The notes under the pieces: generated by a model | Told to the model about the DNA's origin: nothing | Database searches by the model: none | What the model saw: only the letters and a program-made list of their open reading frames with translations | In this document: piece after piece, positions 1-12,143 of the stretch | Layout: each line of letters begins with the position of its first letter | Numbering within the stretch: the stretch's first letter is position 1 | Assembly (NCBI GenBank): GCA_032718475.1 | Contig: JAUCBJ010000822.1 | Span: 1-45,174 of the forward strand | Origin: Nemertoderma westbladi | Lineage: Eukaryota > Animalia > Xenacoelomorpha | DNA length: 45,174 bases | Direction: 5' to 3' | Program-made: the position numbers and the translations under genes

Positions 1-540
1 TCCTATTTATTGGCTTATGGCAGATAAGTCCCATCATTGGTCCACAGGCGGCCGATTTGTATGTGTCGGTGACTTTGGTAAGTCCTGGTACATATGGAGC
101 TGTCACGCCATATACAAGACCTGAGCATCCAACAAGTTGGGGAGTTTATGTCCAACTATGCGCTCGATATCATGCGATATCACCGAACCTGTATTTGATG
201 ATCGTGTCATCCCGAATAACCCTGCTGATGGCATGCGGCAGTTGATTGATCTTCAGTTCAATGTTCCAGTCATAGGTCGCCAGATTGAATAATTCTTGGT
301 TGTTACTTCATCATCGAATATAACGAATCCTTCCTTATGAACTGCTTCAACGAATCTCTACCACTGTTGCGCAGTGGTTGCTTCGTGGTCATTAGGATTC
401 CGAAGTTCGATTCCGTTCTAGATGTTACGCAATGAAGATATTTTGCTGCGGCGTTGTCTAATGCTGGTGTTCCATAGGTTCCGATGAGATGACTCTCGTG
501 GTTGACCCAAAAGTGATCCTGGATGTTGCGAACTTTATCT
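1..540 (-). pseudogene. Degraded homologue of the retrotransposon-borne DEDDy exonuclease ORF at 28171
   Basis: Manual minus-strand translation gives QDHFWVNHESHLIGTYGTPALDNA, W*RFVEAVHKEGFVIFDDE, LFNLATY..QLPHAISRVIRD, HDIERIVGHKLPNLLDAQ and MMGLICHKP. These are colinear with QDHFREMHEQRLVGTYGTPVLDNA, WKRFIESVNKGGYMILDDE, LFDLGTY..RLPKAVQVLVRE, EDAERIIGPDATNLLDMQ and LLGLVCHKP of ORF 28171. It contains stops, frameshifts and a deletion, and runs off the window start. Confidence 0.88.
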
Positions 541-705
541 GTCTGCGGTATCTGGGCTGCACTAGCACTTTGCTATTATTGCCTAGATGCTGCAGAATAT
601 TTACAAATACAATAAGTTATGTATAATTGATATATGTATTGCGTATACCTATATTCATATGGAATTGATTGGAAAAAATTAAATCCAATTAAAAGAAAGA
701 AACGA

Positions 706-793
706 CGTTGCGACAACTATGGAGAATCGGGAAGCCTGGAAGAATCTTATTTCCACTGTCCGAGTTCGCTCGACCTACTGTAGTAGTAGTAGA
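706..793 (+). mobile_element. Probable 3' tip of an RTE-type LINE with a (TAG)n tail
   Basis: Encodes ATTMENREAWKNLIS, resembling the RTE ORF C-terminus (M.DR..W), followed by tagtagtagtag. Confidence 0.35.
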
Positions 794-956
794 ACTAGGT
801 TAGTTAATTTTCTTGAAACTACTTTTCAAGTACTAGAAAGTACTTGATTTTTTTTTTACTGAAATGTAATACTACCTAAAGTCCATTTTTTAAATTAGGC
901 TGCAGCTTATTTTTGGCCATGACTTCGCGAGATTAGATTATGGGAGGGTGATCTTG

Positions 957-1817
957 CTGCAGCCAATAGCGACTGGCTGCAGCCAATAGCAACAGCCGCA
1001 GCCAATAGCGACTGGCCACCGCCAATAGCAACTAGCCGCAGCCAATAGCAACTAGCCGCAGCCAATAGCGACTGGCCGCAGCCAATAGCGACTGGCCGCA
1101 GCCAATAGCGACTGGCCGCAGCCAATAGCGACTGGCCGCAGCCAATAGCGACTGGCCGCAGCCAATAGCGACTGGCCGCAGCCAATAGCGACTGGCCGCA
1201 GCCAATAGCGACTGGCCGCAGCCAATAGCGACTGGCCGCAGCCAATAGCGACTGGCCGCAGCCAATAGCGACTGGCCGCAGCCAATAGCGACTGGCCGCA
1301 GCCAATAGCGACTGGCCGCAGCCAATAGCGACTGGCCGCAGCCAATAGCGACTGGCCGCAGCCAATAGCGACTGGCCGCAGCCAATAGCAACTGGCCGCA
1401 GCCAATAGCGACTGGCCGCAGCCAATAGCGACTGGCCGCAGCCAATAGCGACTGGCCGCAGCCAATAGCGACTGGCCGCAGCCAATAGCGACTGGCCGCA
1501 GCCAATAGCGACTGGCCGCAGCCAATAGCGACTGGCCGCAGCCAATAGCGACTGGCCGCAGCCAATAGCGACTGGCCGCAGCCAATAGCGACTGGCCGCA
1601 GCCAATAGCGACTGGCCGCAGCCAATAGCGACTGGCCGCAGCCAATAGCGACTGGCCGCAGCCAATAGCGACTGGCCGCAGCCAATAGCGACTGGCCGCA
1701 GCCAATAGCGACTGGCCACAGCCAATAGCGACTGGCCACAGCCAATAGCGACTGGCCGCAGCCAATAGCGACTGGCCGCAGCCAATAGCGACTGGCCGCA
1801 GCCAATAGTGACTGGCC
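957..1817. repeat. 20-bp minisatellite (GCCAATAGCGACTGGCCGCA), about 43 copies
   Basis: Directly visible, near-perfect tandem copies. Confidence 0.98.
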
Positions 1818-1841
1818 TTAGGTTTAGAATTTAGGTTCCAT

Positions 1842-2070
1842 CTTGGTGTAGTGGTCGCATTTAATTCACATCTCCCGTAGGTCGTGGGTTCGATCCTCAC
1901 ATGGGCGAGGGCAGTTTTCGTTTCGGCACTATTGCTTTAATGGGACCAGCCAGGGCGCATCTCTACCTTGCATCCTTAAGTGGTAGCTAAATGAGTACTG
2001 GAGTTTCCTCTGGGGAGCAAAGTTCTGGGGGGACCGCACTGGAAATAAGTCGTCAGACTTTGTGCGTAAT
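1842..2070 (+). mobile_element. tRNA-derived SINE-like insertion inside the minisatellite
   Basis: Pol III A box TGGTGTAGTGG (1844-1854) and B box GGTTCGATCC (1887-1896), followed by a non-tRNA body (gtagctaaatgagtac). Boundaries are approximate. Confidence 0.55.
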
Positions 2071-2086
2071 CTTAAATTTATTTTTT

Positions 2087-2290
2087 GGCTGCAGCCAAAT
2101 ACGACTGGCCACAGCCAATAACGACTGGCCGCAGCCAATAGCGACTGGCCGCAGCCAATGAATAGCGACTTACCGAAGCCACTAGCTACTGGCCGAAGCC
2201 ACTAGCTACTAGCCGAAGCCACTAGCTACTAGCCGAAGCCACTAGCTACTGGCCGCAGCCACTAGCTACTGACTGTATAACCACTAGTTA
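2087..2290. repeat. Diverged continuation of the 20-bp minisatellite (GCCACTAGCTACTRGCCGAA variants)
   Basis: Same 20-bp period and a related sequence. Confidence 0.9.
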
Positions 2291-2439
2291 CTGGGAGTAA
2301 TAGCTACTGACAAAACTCTGGTCTGGAACGAAAATACTGGCCACACCCCCCCCCCCCCCCCCCCCCCCCCCCCATGCATATTTATTTATATACTGAGATA
2401 TCAATGCTTTCCGAGTGATTTATACAAAAAAAATTTATC

Positions 2440-3636
2440 ATAAAATATACATAAATGTAGAAATGCAGAAAACATACATTTAAAACATACAGAAACCTAC
2501 TAGACAGCATACTACGAACAGCTAAGAAAGACTTCTAAAGTAAAGCACTGCATTTCAAAACTCAGACAACAAGAATAGTATGGAAACACATAAAAGGACT
2601 CCTTCAAAGACAACATAAACAATCCACACCATCACTGATAATCAACAACAAGCGCACATACACAGACCATCAGGAGATTACTAACTGTTTCAATAGTTAT
2701 TATCAAACTGTAGGTATTACATTACACAAACAGATACCAAAACCGAACGGATCTCCTCTAGACTACCTCCCACAGACAGAACCTTCTGAAAAACTACACA
2801 CCTTCTATTCTATTACCCCTCAAGAAATAATACTAACTGCCAACGGATTAAACGGATGACGAACTGCCAGCCGCTGCCGTGTACCCGACCATCACACTAA
2901 TAGCTGAATTGCTCTCATACATTGTGAATATATCTCTCAGTAGCGGCTCAGTACCAAAACAAATGAAAATTGCCCGTATCACACATATTTTCAAATCAGA
3001 AAATCCGACATTCGTACAAAATTACAGACCAATCTGATATTGGATATCGGATACTTACTTACTTCTCAAAATTACTCAAAAAAATTGTACACACCGAACT
3101 AACAGACTATTTAACCATACAGGCAATATTAACACCAGCACAATTCGGATTTAGAACATAACGGTCCACCCAACACGCATTATTAACCCTCCTAGAACAT
3201 GTGACTAATTCACTGGACAAGGGTGAGTTCACTGTGGGGGTGCCTCTGGACCTCTCTAAGGCATTTGATACAGTGAACCACCAAATATTACTACAAACAT
3301 TACATTGCTACATCGATACGGGATTACAGGTACAGCGCTCAACTGGTTCACGAACTACCTCACTGACAGAATACAATATGTTACAGTAGCAAACGGGAAA
3401 TCGAAAGAACTTACAACGCACATAGGCTTACCGCAAGGCAGCTTACTAAGCCCATTACTGTTATTATTTACACTACCGACATCACAAACCTATTCAACAA
3501 CCACATATTTATTTTGTTTGCTGATGACACGAACATTCTAAAATTAGGAACGGACATTCATCAACTTATCTCACAACTAAACGACGATTTATCTAAACTG
3601 ACTAAATGGTTACAATTAAACCGACTATCCCTCAAT
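2440..3636 (+). pseudogene. Old L2/CR1-group LINE ORF2 (RT) fragment, 5' part; resumes at 10573
   Basis: Fragmented motifs QFGFR, LDLSKAFDTVNH, GLPQGSLLSPLL, FADDTN and WLQLNRLSLN. Confidence 0.85.
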
Positions 3637-3675
3637 CAGTCTGCTATAGCCAGCTATCTGATACAATTTCTTCTG

Positions 3676-5367
3676 ATGGAGCCTAGCCGACTACTAGATC
3701 TACCCGACTTAGGAGCTTGGAGCAATAAATAACTGAGAAAGAAACTGCAGTTCCTTAATCTATCGATTACAGGATCTCGATCCTCATTAATTCTACGACT
3801 TAATAAACAATTTAAAGAAAATGGATACACCAACACCAATGACAACACGCTCACAGATGACGACAGCTCATGGTCTTCCTGCTCAGAGATCTCAACTAAT
3901 GAAGATAACGGTGATGGACCCAAAAACTTTCATGTAGGCGTTACTAATTCTAATCCGGATCCGGATCCAACTATAATTACCGAATCTGCAGACACTCCGG
4001 ATGTTGCCAGTGAAACGATAATCAACCGATTGCTATACCTCGAGGATTCGTTAAAAACACTTTTTACTATACGCGAACAGGATCTTAAGTGAATAAAGGT
4101 ACTTGAAGAACAGATAATACTCCTCACACACTACTCTTCTGGAAAGGGGACCGAGTTAATGGGACAACTATCTAATGAGGGAACTAATACAAACGGCAAC
4201 CCCCCAACCCCGCGGATATCTATCAGGCAGGGCCAGGGTCTGACTGAGGATTCTCAATCGTTTCCATTACCGGTACTCAGCTTAACTCAGAATGAGACAT
4301 CCTCACTATCAGAAATCGGTAGGGGCCTAAACGAATCACCAGTCCTTCTTCCGGACAACTCATCGTTGTTGACTGGTGACAGTGGAAATACGGCTGATAA
4401 TACGGTATTGCCACGTAACACTGAAACAACAACTTCGGTGGGCTTACAATGTAATAGCCTGAACGAAATTACTCCTGAAAGAGGTGCGCCCATAGCGGCA
4501 CCAAACAAATTCACCAAGGTCGACAATGGAAGGCATTCTACTGAAGAAATCTCTACACTGCTATTTATGGATAGCAATAGGAAGTTTGTCTACCCACGCA
4601 AAATAAACCGATTCGCTAAAATGGTACCAACACAAACGTCACAAATATTGTTAGAAAATATACAAACAGCTTCGAGTATATATAATAATATAGAGCACGT
4701 ATATATACAAACAGGAACTAATGATGTTGATAACGCTAGTCAATATCGCAACCCAGTAGAACTCACGAGAAATCTGAAGGAGAGCGTCAAAGCCATTAAT
4801 CAGAAATGGCCGGATGCGAACATCTGTTTATCTGCACTTATTGCGCGAGCGGACAAAAGCGTTACCCCAATTAACAACGAAATTAGCAAAGTTTGTAGAG
4901 ATTTAGATATAACCTTCGTTCATCATGCTAACCTTACCACGATACATCTATATGATGATAAACACCTTTCTCATAACGCTATGGGTCTATATGTTAGCAA
5001 TATTAAGCGTGCGTTATTTGGAAAGTCACAACCCCGGTACCCAATGGGAGCGCGCTTTAATAACAACAATATTCAACATCCAAGTCAACCATCTGAACGG
5101 CCATTGATCCGGACCCACAGGGCCTATTACTGGCCGCAACCGGGGTCCTATAGAGAACACCAACCTACTAACCCTACTCCAACCCTACAGCCGAAATCGA
5201 GCTGGATACCCCAGTCAGTAGATATTCTGGACGCACACCGCTCTAGTTATACTTACTACTTTAATCAGGACGTGGCGGTACTAACATACCGCACACCACT
5301 ACCAGTAAGGGTTTCGATGGGTGGGCGAATCACGGTGAAGGAGGAAGGGTGTTCAATGCTGTTATAG
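3676..5367 (+). pseudogene. LINE ORF1: SAP-like motif, coiled coil and SGNH/GDSL esterase; two premature stops
   Basis: ATG 3676 is in frame with ORF 4159..5367, with in-frame stops at 3730 and 4090. SAP-like WSNK*LRKKLQFLNLSITGSRSSLILRL. SGNH blocks LLFMDSN, IQTGTND and DDKHLS. Confidence 0.75.
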
Positions 5368-6506
5368 ATCTAATGAGAGCGATAGGCGAATCCAAAGACC
5401 AGTATTAATATATTACGGGATGACAGTAGAGTCATACAATATAATAACCACCTCTAAATGACTTAATTAATTACATTCATTTTTATAAAAGATATAATTG
5501 CATTTTTGTCAGTTTTGTCAGTCGATGTACAATTGTGCAATAAAATAGAATTACTACTGGGCGTATGTCTAACTTTAGTGGTCTGCATTACAGGTGTAAG
5601 TTTTTTAACCACACCTCACAAATATTTTATCATTAAAAATGTTTTTTAATATATTACATAAATTTAATTCAAGCGTCACTATCTTATTGATATACATTGT
5701 TATAAATTATTGTATATATTTTCTACCTATCCTACCTGGTACACCGCCAATGAACCCATGTCTACCCGTATATACATATGAAAATAAAACTACGAATATA
5801 CTCTTAATAATATACTCTATTAATAAATAATCTCAATAAATTAAACGACCTAGGTTATGACCACTATTCTAACATTAGTACAATTTCTAGAGAAATATTG
5901 TGCAATATAGTGATAAAAACCTTTATATGTTGTTGGAATATTTTATCTGTGCCAGTACTTACAATTTTCACTCAACTCTCGACTTTAGTAGTTGTATTTG
6001 CAGGAATATTATTACAAAAACAATTTACCAATAAAAAAATTGTGCTAATAACAATATTCCAAAAATTTAGACTCAAATACCGAGGAAATATTCCAACATA
6101 TATGGGATATGAATTTGGATTGCTTTGGTTAGTCGGGCTGCTATTTATTTCTATTCAAAATTATTGCTATTGCTATTCAACGTACATTATATGCATAAAA
6201 CTAATTGATCCTACATATAAAATTAAAAATTGGCATCCAAAATTGCAGACAGCAACTGAAACTCTAAAAACAAATAAAGAAATTATTTCAGCCCTTTGCG
6301 TTATTTTTATTATTTTTAATTCCTATACTTTTCTGAGGAATGACCTCAATTTTACAAAATACAACAATTATTTACACTGGCAGTAAACTTACAAACCAAA
6401 ATTAAAAAGTAATTTATTACTAATATATCATGCAGTAGCATTATCCTTCACAATATATCGAAGCTCTATATTAGATATACTCCTTATTCTCGCGGTAACA
6501 ATCAAT

Positions 6507-9500
6507 ATGCTTCTCCTAATGTCAGGAAATATCCATCCTAATCCGGGCCCACGACGAACTAAAACAAAAAACAAACATAAACAGACTCGTCGTGATATGC
6601 AACAAACATATACTAAACATACTATACACAATTACTCTGATAAATTAAGTAAAAAATATAATATCTATCAATATATAGAGGAAAAAAAAGATTATACAAA
6701 ATTTCTACACATAAATGCACGCAGCCTAGTAAAAAATGGTGATGAGTTACGGGATTTAGCTAAGGGTGCACCCAACCTAATAATTTCTGTGACAGAGACC
6801 TGGCTTAAAAATTATCACCATAATTGCATTGTTAATATACCGGGATACACTCCATACAGAAGAGACCGAAAGAATAAGCGAGGTGGGGGTATCTTTGTTT
6901 ACATTCCAGAATATATACATAGCAAAATTCGCTCGGATATAAAATCAGATAATAATATTGAATCAATGTGGATACAGGTAGGGTCCATATTACTCTGTAC
7001 AGTGTATAATCCACCTCGCGCTAACCCAAATTTCATATCGCAATTTTCGGAAGAAATAGAAACAGCCATTCTATTAGAGCCTAATAGCCAAATCATTATC
7101 CAGGGAGACCTTAACATTAATATCTTAAACAAAAATACGCCAACGTCCAAGGATCTACTCACATCGTTCAATGCCTTAGATTTATCAATACAAAATACAA
7201 TAGAACCAACCCGCATAACTAGAAAAACACCAACATTAATCGACCTAGTAGCTACAAACATGCCGACAAACAAAATCTTAGAAAATAAAGTTTTTCCATG
7301 CTTCTATTCCGATCATGAGTATACTGTCTTCACTCTTAATGTAAATGTTTTAAATAAACAACAAAAAAAAGTACAAAACGAGTGGATTACTTATAGGGAT
7401 TTTAATAATTTTCAAGAACTGGCATTTTTAAACGAAATAAATAACATCATATGGGATGAGCTTTACCAAATTAATGACATAGATTCAAAAGTAAACTTTT
7501 TTGAAAAGCAAATTGAATCTATTCTTGATAAACATGCACCAATTCGACGAAAACTAATAAAAAAGTTAATTAATTACAGAACTAAACCTGAATGGGAAAC
7601 AATAGAACTTTCTGCCTTGCGAATTGAAAAATATAAGAAACTTAATAAATGGCGTTTCACAAAAACAGCTAACGACTTCGTGGAATACAAATTAGCGCGC
7701 AACAAATTTAATAATGTCAACAAGTATTTAAAAAATCAATTCATAAAAAAAAAATATTTAAACCAAACAAATTCAAAAGGCAGATGGAAAGTAATCAATA
7801 CGATACTGGGTAGAAACAAACAAAAATTTTCAGTTGATGAAATCAAACATAAGGGAATTATATATACAGATAAATCAATAATTGCAAACCTTTTCAATGA
7901 AATATTCATCGACTTGGGGAATTTTAACATATCCAATAACACAAAAGAGACAAATAGGAACACTAACAATCTAAATCTAGAAGCAAACTGTGCCTTCGCC
8001 AACATTTCACCATTTTTAACAATGGACATCATCAAAAATTTAAATCAAAATAAACCAAGTCCTTCCCCTATTCCGATCAAAATACTGAAATTAACCAATC
8101 CAAAAATTTATATACAACTGACCCACATTTTTAATAGCTGTCTAACCAAATCATATTTCCCAGAAAGATTTAAAAAAGCCGTGGTAACTGTGACGGGATC
8201 TACGGATCCCGATTTATCCGTTTGGGTTTTCTATCTACGCGTCCCCGCCGTGTATATGAAAAGGTTCGTTAAGAGTTCTGATGTTCGGTAATATGTATAA
8301 AGGTATAATATAGTTGATATAGCACAGTTGAATGGATGACACGGTTACCGGTAGATAAGTATTACATGTGATGGCGGTAGCGGACGGTGATAGAAGTCAC
8401 CGTTCCACCCTACTGAACTGACTGAGTAAACTGAATGAATGCTGCATCGACCGGTAATATATATTGCACGGTTTGGCCGTTGTTACTGTACCCAGTCGAT
8501 GCTTCCCCCCTATTGGCTAATATCCTACTTGTCACCCTTTGCCCCCTTCTGAAGTGCTTCCCTTCGCCCTTGCTATTCTCTCTCTGTCAGGGGTGTAACC
8601 CCTGACCCCTATTGTGCGTTTGTTTCTCCTTCCCACTTTGTTGGGGTGACACGAGGTTGATATTGGTAATCAACCTCGTGCTCCCAATATTGCTTAACGG
8701 CTCACTTTATGGGGTTGGTTAGCGGAATTGAATACGCTAACAGTAACTCCAATTTACAAAAAAGATGATAAACTCGATCCCACAAACTACAGACCAATTT
8801 CTGTTATTAATCCTTTAGCTAAGGTGTTCGAAAAAATACTCTCGTTACAAATGCAAAGCTACATTAGAAAAAACAAATTGCTGTTCCCATGCCAATTTGG
8901 GTTTAGGGCTGGGTATTCATTCTACACAGGATGCAATTTTATATTTAAGCGAATGTTGGCGAGCTCAGCTAGACTCAAACAACTATGTAGCTGTTGCTTT
9001 TCTTGACTTAAGTAAAGCATTTAATTCGGTAGACTACCATACCAGACATTACTTGGCAAATTATCACAACTAGGTTTTCATCCAACTGCTCTTAAACTTA
9101 TAGAAAGTTATCTATACAATAGGGTTCAACAAGTTAAAATAGACAACATAACTTCCCCATGGGCGAGAGAACAACGAGGAATCCACCAAGGGACTCTATG
9201 TGGCCCCTTACTCTTCTCCTTATACACCAACGACTTCCCCAACTACCTATCACACTGTGCTAATATTATTTTATATGCTGACGATACTGTAATATATACG
9301 ACGGCTAAGGATCCACATGTAGCAACCCATTTATTAAGTTTAAATATCAATAAAATGTCGACAATTTATAACACTAATAGGATGAAATTAAACCCAGAAA
9401 AAACAGAATACTTACTACTATCTCCTCGAAAACCCAACGAACAGACTAATAACATTAAACTAAATATTGACAATGCACCTCCCATAGAACAAAGCACTAC

Positions 9501-10100
9501 AGTAAAATATCTGGGTGTATTAATAAATAAATACCTTAATTGGAAAGAACAAATCGAAAAATCTCTTCAAAAAATGGCAATTTCACTGTCTTGTATTCGA
9601 AAAATAAAAGGCCAACTACCCAATTCAACTAAAATCAATATATATAAATCGCTTGTCTTGCCACATCACCACTACTGCTGTATGTTATTAACCTCACTCC
9701 ACAATCGACATGGTTACAAAACGTTATTATACAAATACGAAAAAATACAAAATATGGCTTTGAGAACAATTTTTCAGAACATTCAGGGACAGAACTTCGA
9801 GAAAGGGCAAAAATACCTACACTTTCTCAATATAGGAGCTTCTTCGGCCTAATTTTCTTATTTAGATACATATACAACTTAAGCAAACCATTCAAACTCC
9901 TAGAGCTACCGTATTTAAAACGTAACAATACGCAATTAAATTCTAGAACATACAATCTGAAACTTCCACGCACAACAAGTACACAGGCCCACTACAATAT
10001 TAATACATACCTAATAAAACAATGGAATGCCCTGCCTATTTCAATACGCAAAATAAAAAAATTCCAAACATACAAATCTAAACTACACAAACACTTATTA
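6507..10100 (+). pseudogene. LINE ORF2 (APE endonuclease + reverse transcriptase), interrupted by a solo LTR and frameshifted
   Basis: APE motifs HINARSL, VTETWL, RGGG, VYNPP, QGDLN, TLIDL and SDH. RT motifs NYRPIS, QFGFR, DLSKAF, QGTLCGPLLF and YADDT (about 9270-9290). The end coordinate is approximate. Confidence 0.9.
8189..8742 (-). mobile_element. Solo LTR (554 bp) of a BEL/Pao family related to the element at 17534
   Basis: TG...CA ends with a GTAAC TSD (8184-8188 and 8743-8747). The reverse complement starts tgttagcgtattcaattccgctaac and ends gatcccgtcaca, like the LTRs at 17534 and 31404. Confidence 0.93.
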
Positions 10101-10572
10101 ACTAGGTATAACAGGGAGGAAATTACATAGATCTTTATTTCTTTTTGTTAATTGAATTTTATTTGTTATACCTTTTTGTGATTTCAATAATATATATAGC
10201 AGCCCGGCTCTGTGTAGTACCTTTATTGTATATGTGTGTATATTTGAATACTGTATGTATGTGTGTGTGTATGTGCTGTCTGTATGTATATGCACTGTAT
10301 GTGTTGTATATAGCATACAGTAGGCATGGGTAAATTAATATGTTTTCTGTGCAATATCTACTGTATATTAAAATCCTTATTTTTATTTTTTAATACTTTA
10401 TGTAGGGCGAGGCGGTCTACCGTAGGTAAGTCAGTCTGTCTAAGACAGCTGTTTGATTATAGACGCTTATTAATTATCAGTATCGTGTACTATGTATTGC
10501 GTCTACTGCCTTCGTAGCCCTAATAAGGCTTAGAAGTATTTGTGAATAAAATAATTATCTTATCTTATCTTA

Positions 10573-10660
10573 TCAATATAAAGAAAACTAATTACATTAT
10601 CTTCCATACTAACAACAGAAAACTGAAACTAGATGCTGACACAACTGTGACAATAAACAA
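10573..10660 (+). pseudogene. Continuation of the old LINE RT split at 3636
   Basis: NIKKTNYIIFHTNNRKLKL follows LSLN as expected in L2/CR1 RTs. Confidence 0.75.
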
Positions 10661-12143
10661 AAGGAACTGGCTCATTCAGGACTATGTCCCATTTGAGCCA
10701 CACAAATATATAATGTCACTCCTGATGCACTGTTACTAAAGGCCATTTAAATCCTAACATAACATATACAGTTAGTTATCATAGCATACATCTCATATCC
10801 GCACATCAAACATAAACTGTAGCCATAAAGTCATAAATAAGGACAAGGGGCATCCACGAGAGCATCCATAGCATAGACCATAGACGGACGAGAGCATCCA
10901 TAGCATACATACCATACCATACATACCGTAAACAGCATGCAACATTGAAATCCTAAAGGATATTTTCCTTGTTTTCATGTTCAAACTATGTTTTGATAAA
11001 CTGTTAAACAACTGTGGTAGTTTCCATAATTTTTCATGTGTATTTTGAGTGAATGGGTGGTTTCAAATTTAATATCAAAACAGCTTAGTGAAGTACAAGA
11101 GAGGCGAAGTACAGAACATAGTATTGAGCACAATAGTGGCTTCAAATATAGTTTCACAGATGGGAGGCTAGGTAATAGGTATTATTTCAATGTCTACCTT
11201 TTGCCTTTTGCCTAGCGGAATGGTTAGAGCGCCAAACAGGAGGTCATCAGTTCGACCCCATCTGGACGTCCTTGCCGACTTTGCTAAGCTGGGCCCAACG
11301 AAAGTTACAACAATTATTCATTAATTAATCAATAATTATTGCTGTTCAATCTATTTCAAGGAAATTCATTGATACATAATTATCAGATTCTGCATTTTTG
11401 TACTACTGTTTCTCGCTACTTTGCTTTGTTTCGGCCTATATATACTATATGATTTTTTTTAGAAAGAGAACGCTTTAATTAGGGCCATTATGTCAATTAT
11501 TTTCTTCCGCCACCGAAAATCGTGGTATTTATACCTATTTAATTATTATACGTATTTAAAAAGTTCTGGAAGGGCCATACTTCACTACTTGTTAATTAGA
11601 ACCCCCTAGTGGATCATCTTAGTATTTCATTTATATCTAAGCAAGATAGTAGGGTATGCTCAAAATTACATATTTGCACTGGCCCCTATCGACCAAAGTA
11701 TATATGTATATCTATATATATATATATATATATATCTATATATAATGTTGTGCTGGCTTTTCGACAAAATTGCTTTTCGACACAATTGACAAAACAACTC
11801 CTTATAACGCATGGCATTAACTAAATCATCTGCATCTTCAGGATGTCCTTTAAGATGTGTCTCAATAAATTCATGGGTTATCCATCATGATCAGCAACGT
11901 ATAATCAGCAAGGTACTTGGCTGCATTTCCTCTAATTCTTGTGCCAGAAAGGTGTGTTACCAACATCCCATCTTTATTTAGATGGTTTAAGGATATGTGC
12001 GTAAACCCACTAACAAACCAAATGTAAACTTTGTTAACTCACTACTCTCAATATGTACATCATGATTCCCAATCATGTTACCCTATTATCGAATATTAGT
12101 TACAGATTCCTTCATTATATTGAACATTATATTTTGTTTGCAG

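Larger units (their letters stand above)
3637..10572 (+). mobile_element. Full-length L2/CR1-group non-LTR retrotransposon
   Basis: Flanked by TCAAT (3632-3636 and 10573-10577). Contains ORF1 and APE-RT ORF2, and ends in AATAAA plus a (TTATC)n tail. It interrupts the older RT exactly between LSLN and IKKTNYIIFH. Confidence 0.88.

Noticed and set aside
907-1900. Three long minus-strand ORFs (257-292 aa)
   Set aside because: They are translations of the 20-bp minisatellite, which has no stops on that strand.
12053-12143. N-terminal 30 aa of the 248-aa ORF
   Set aside because: It lies upstream of a strong splice acceptor and is probably intronic.
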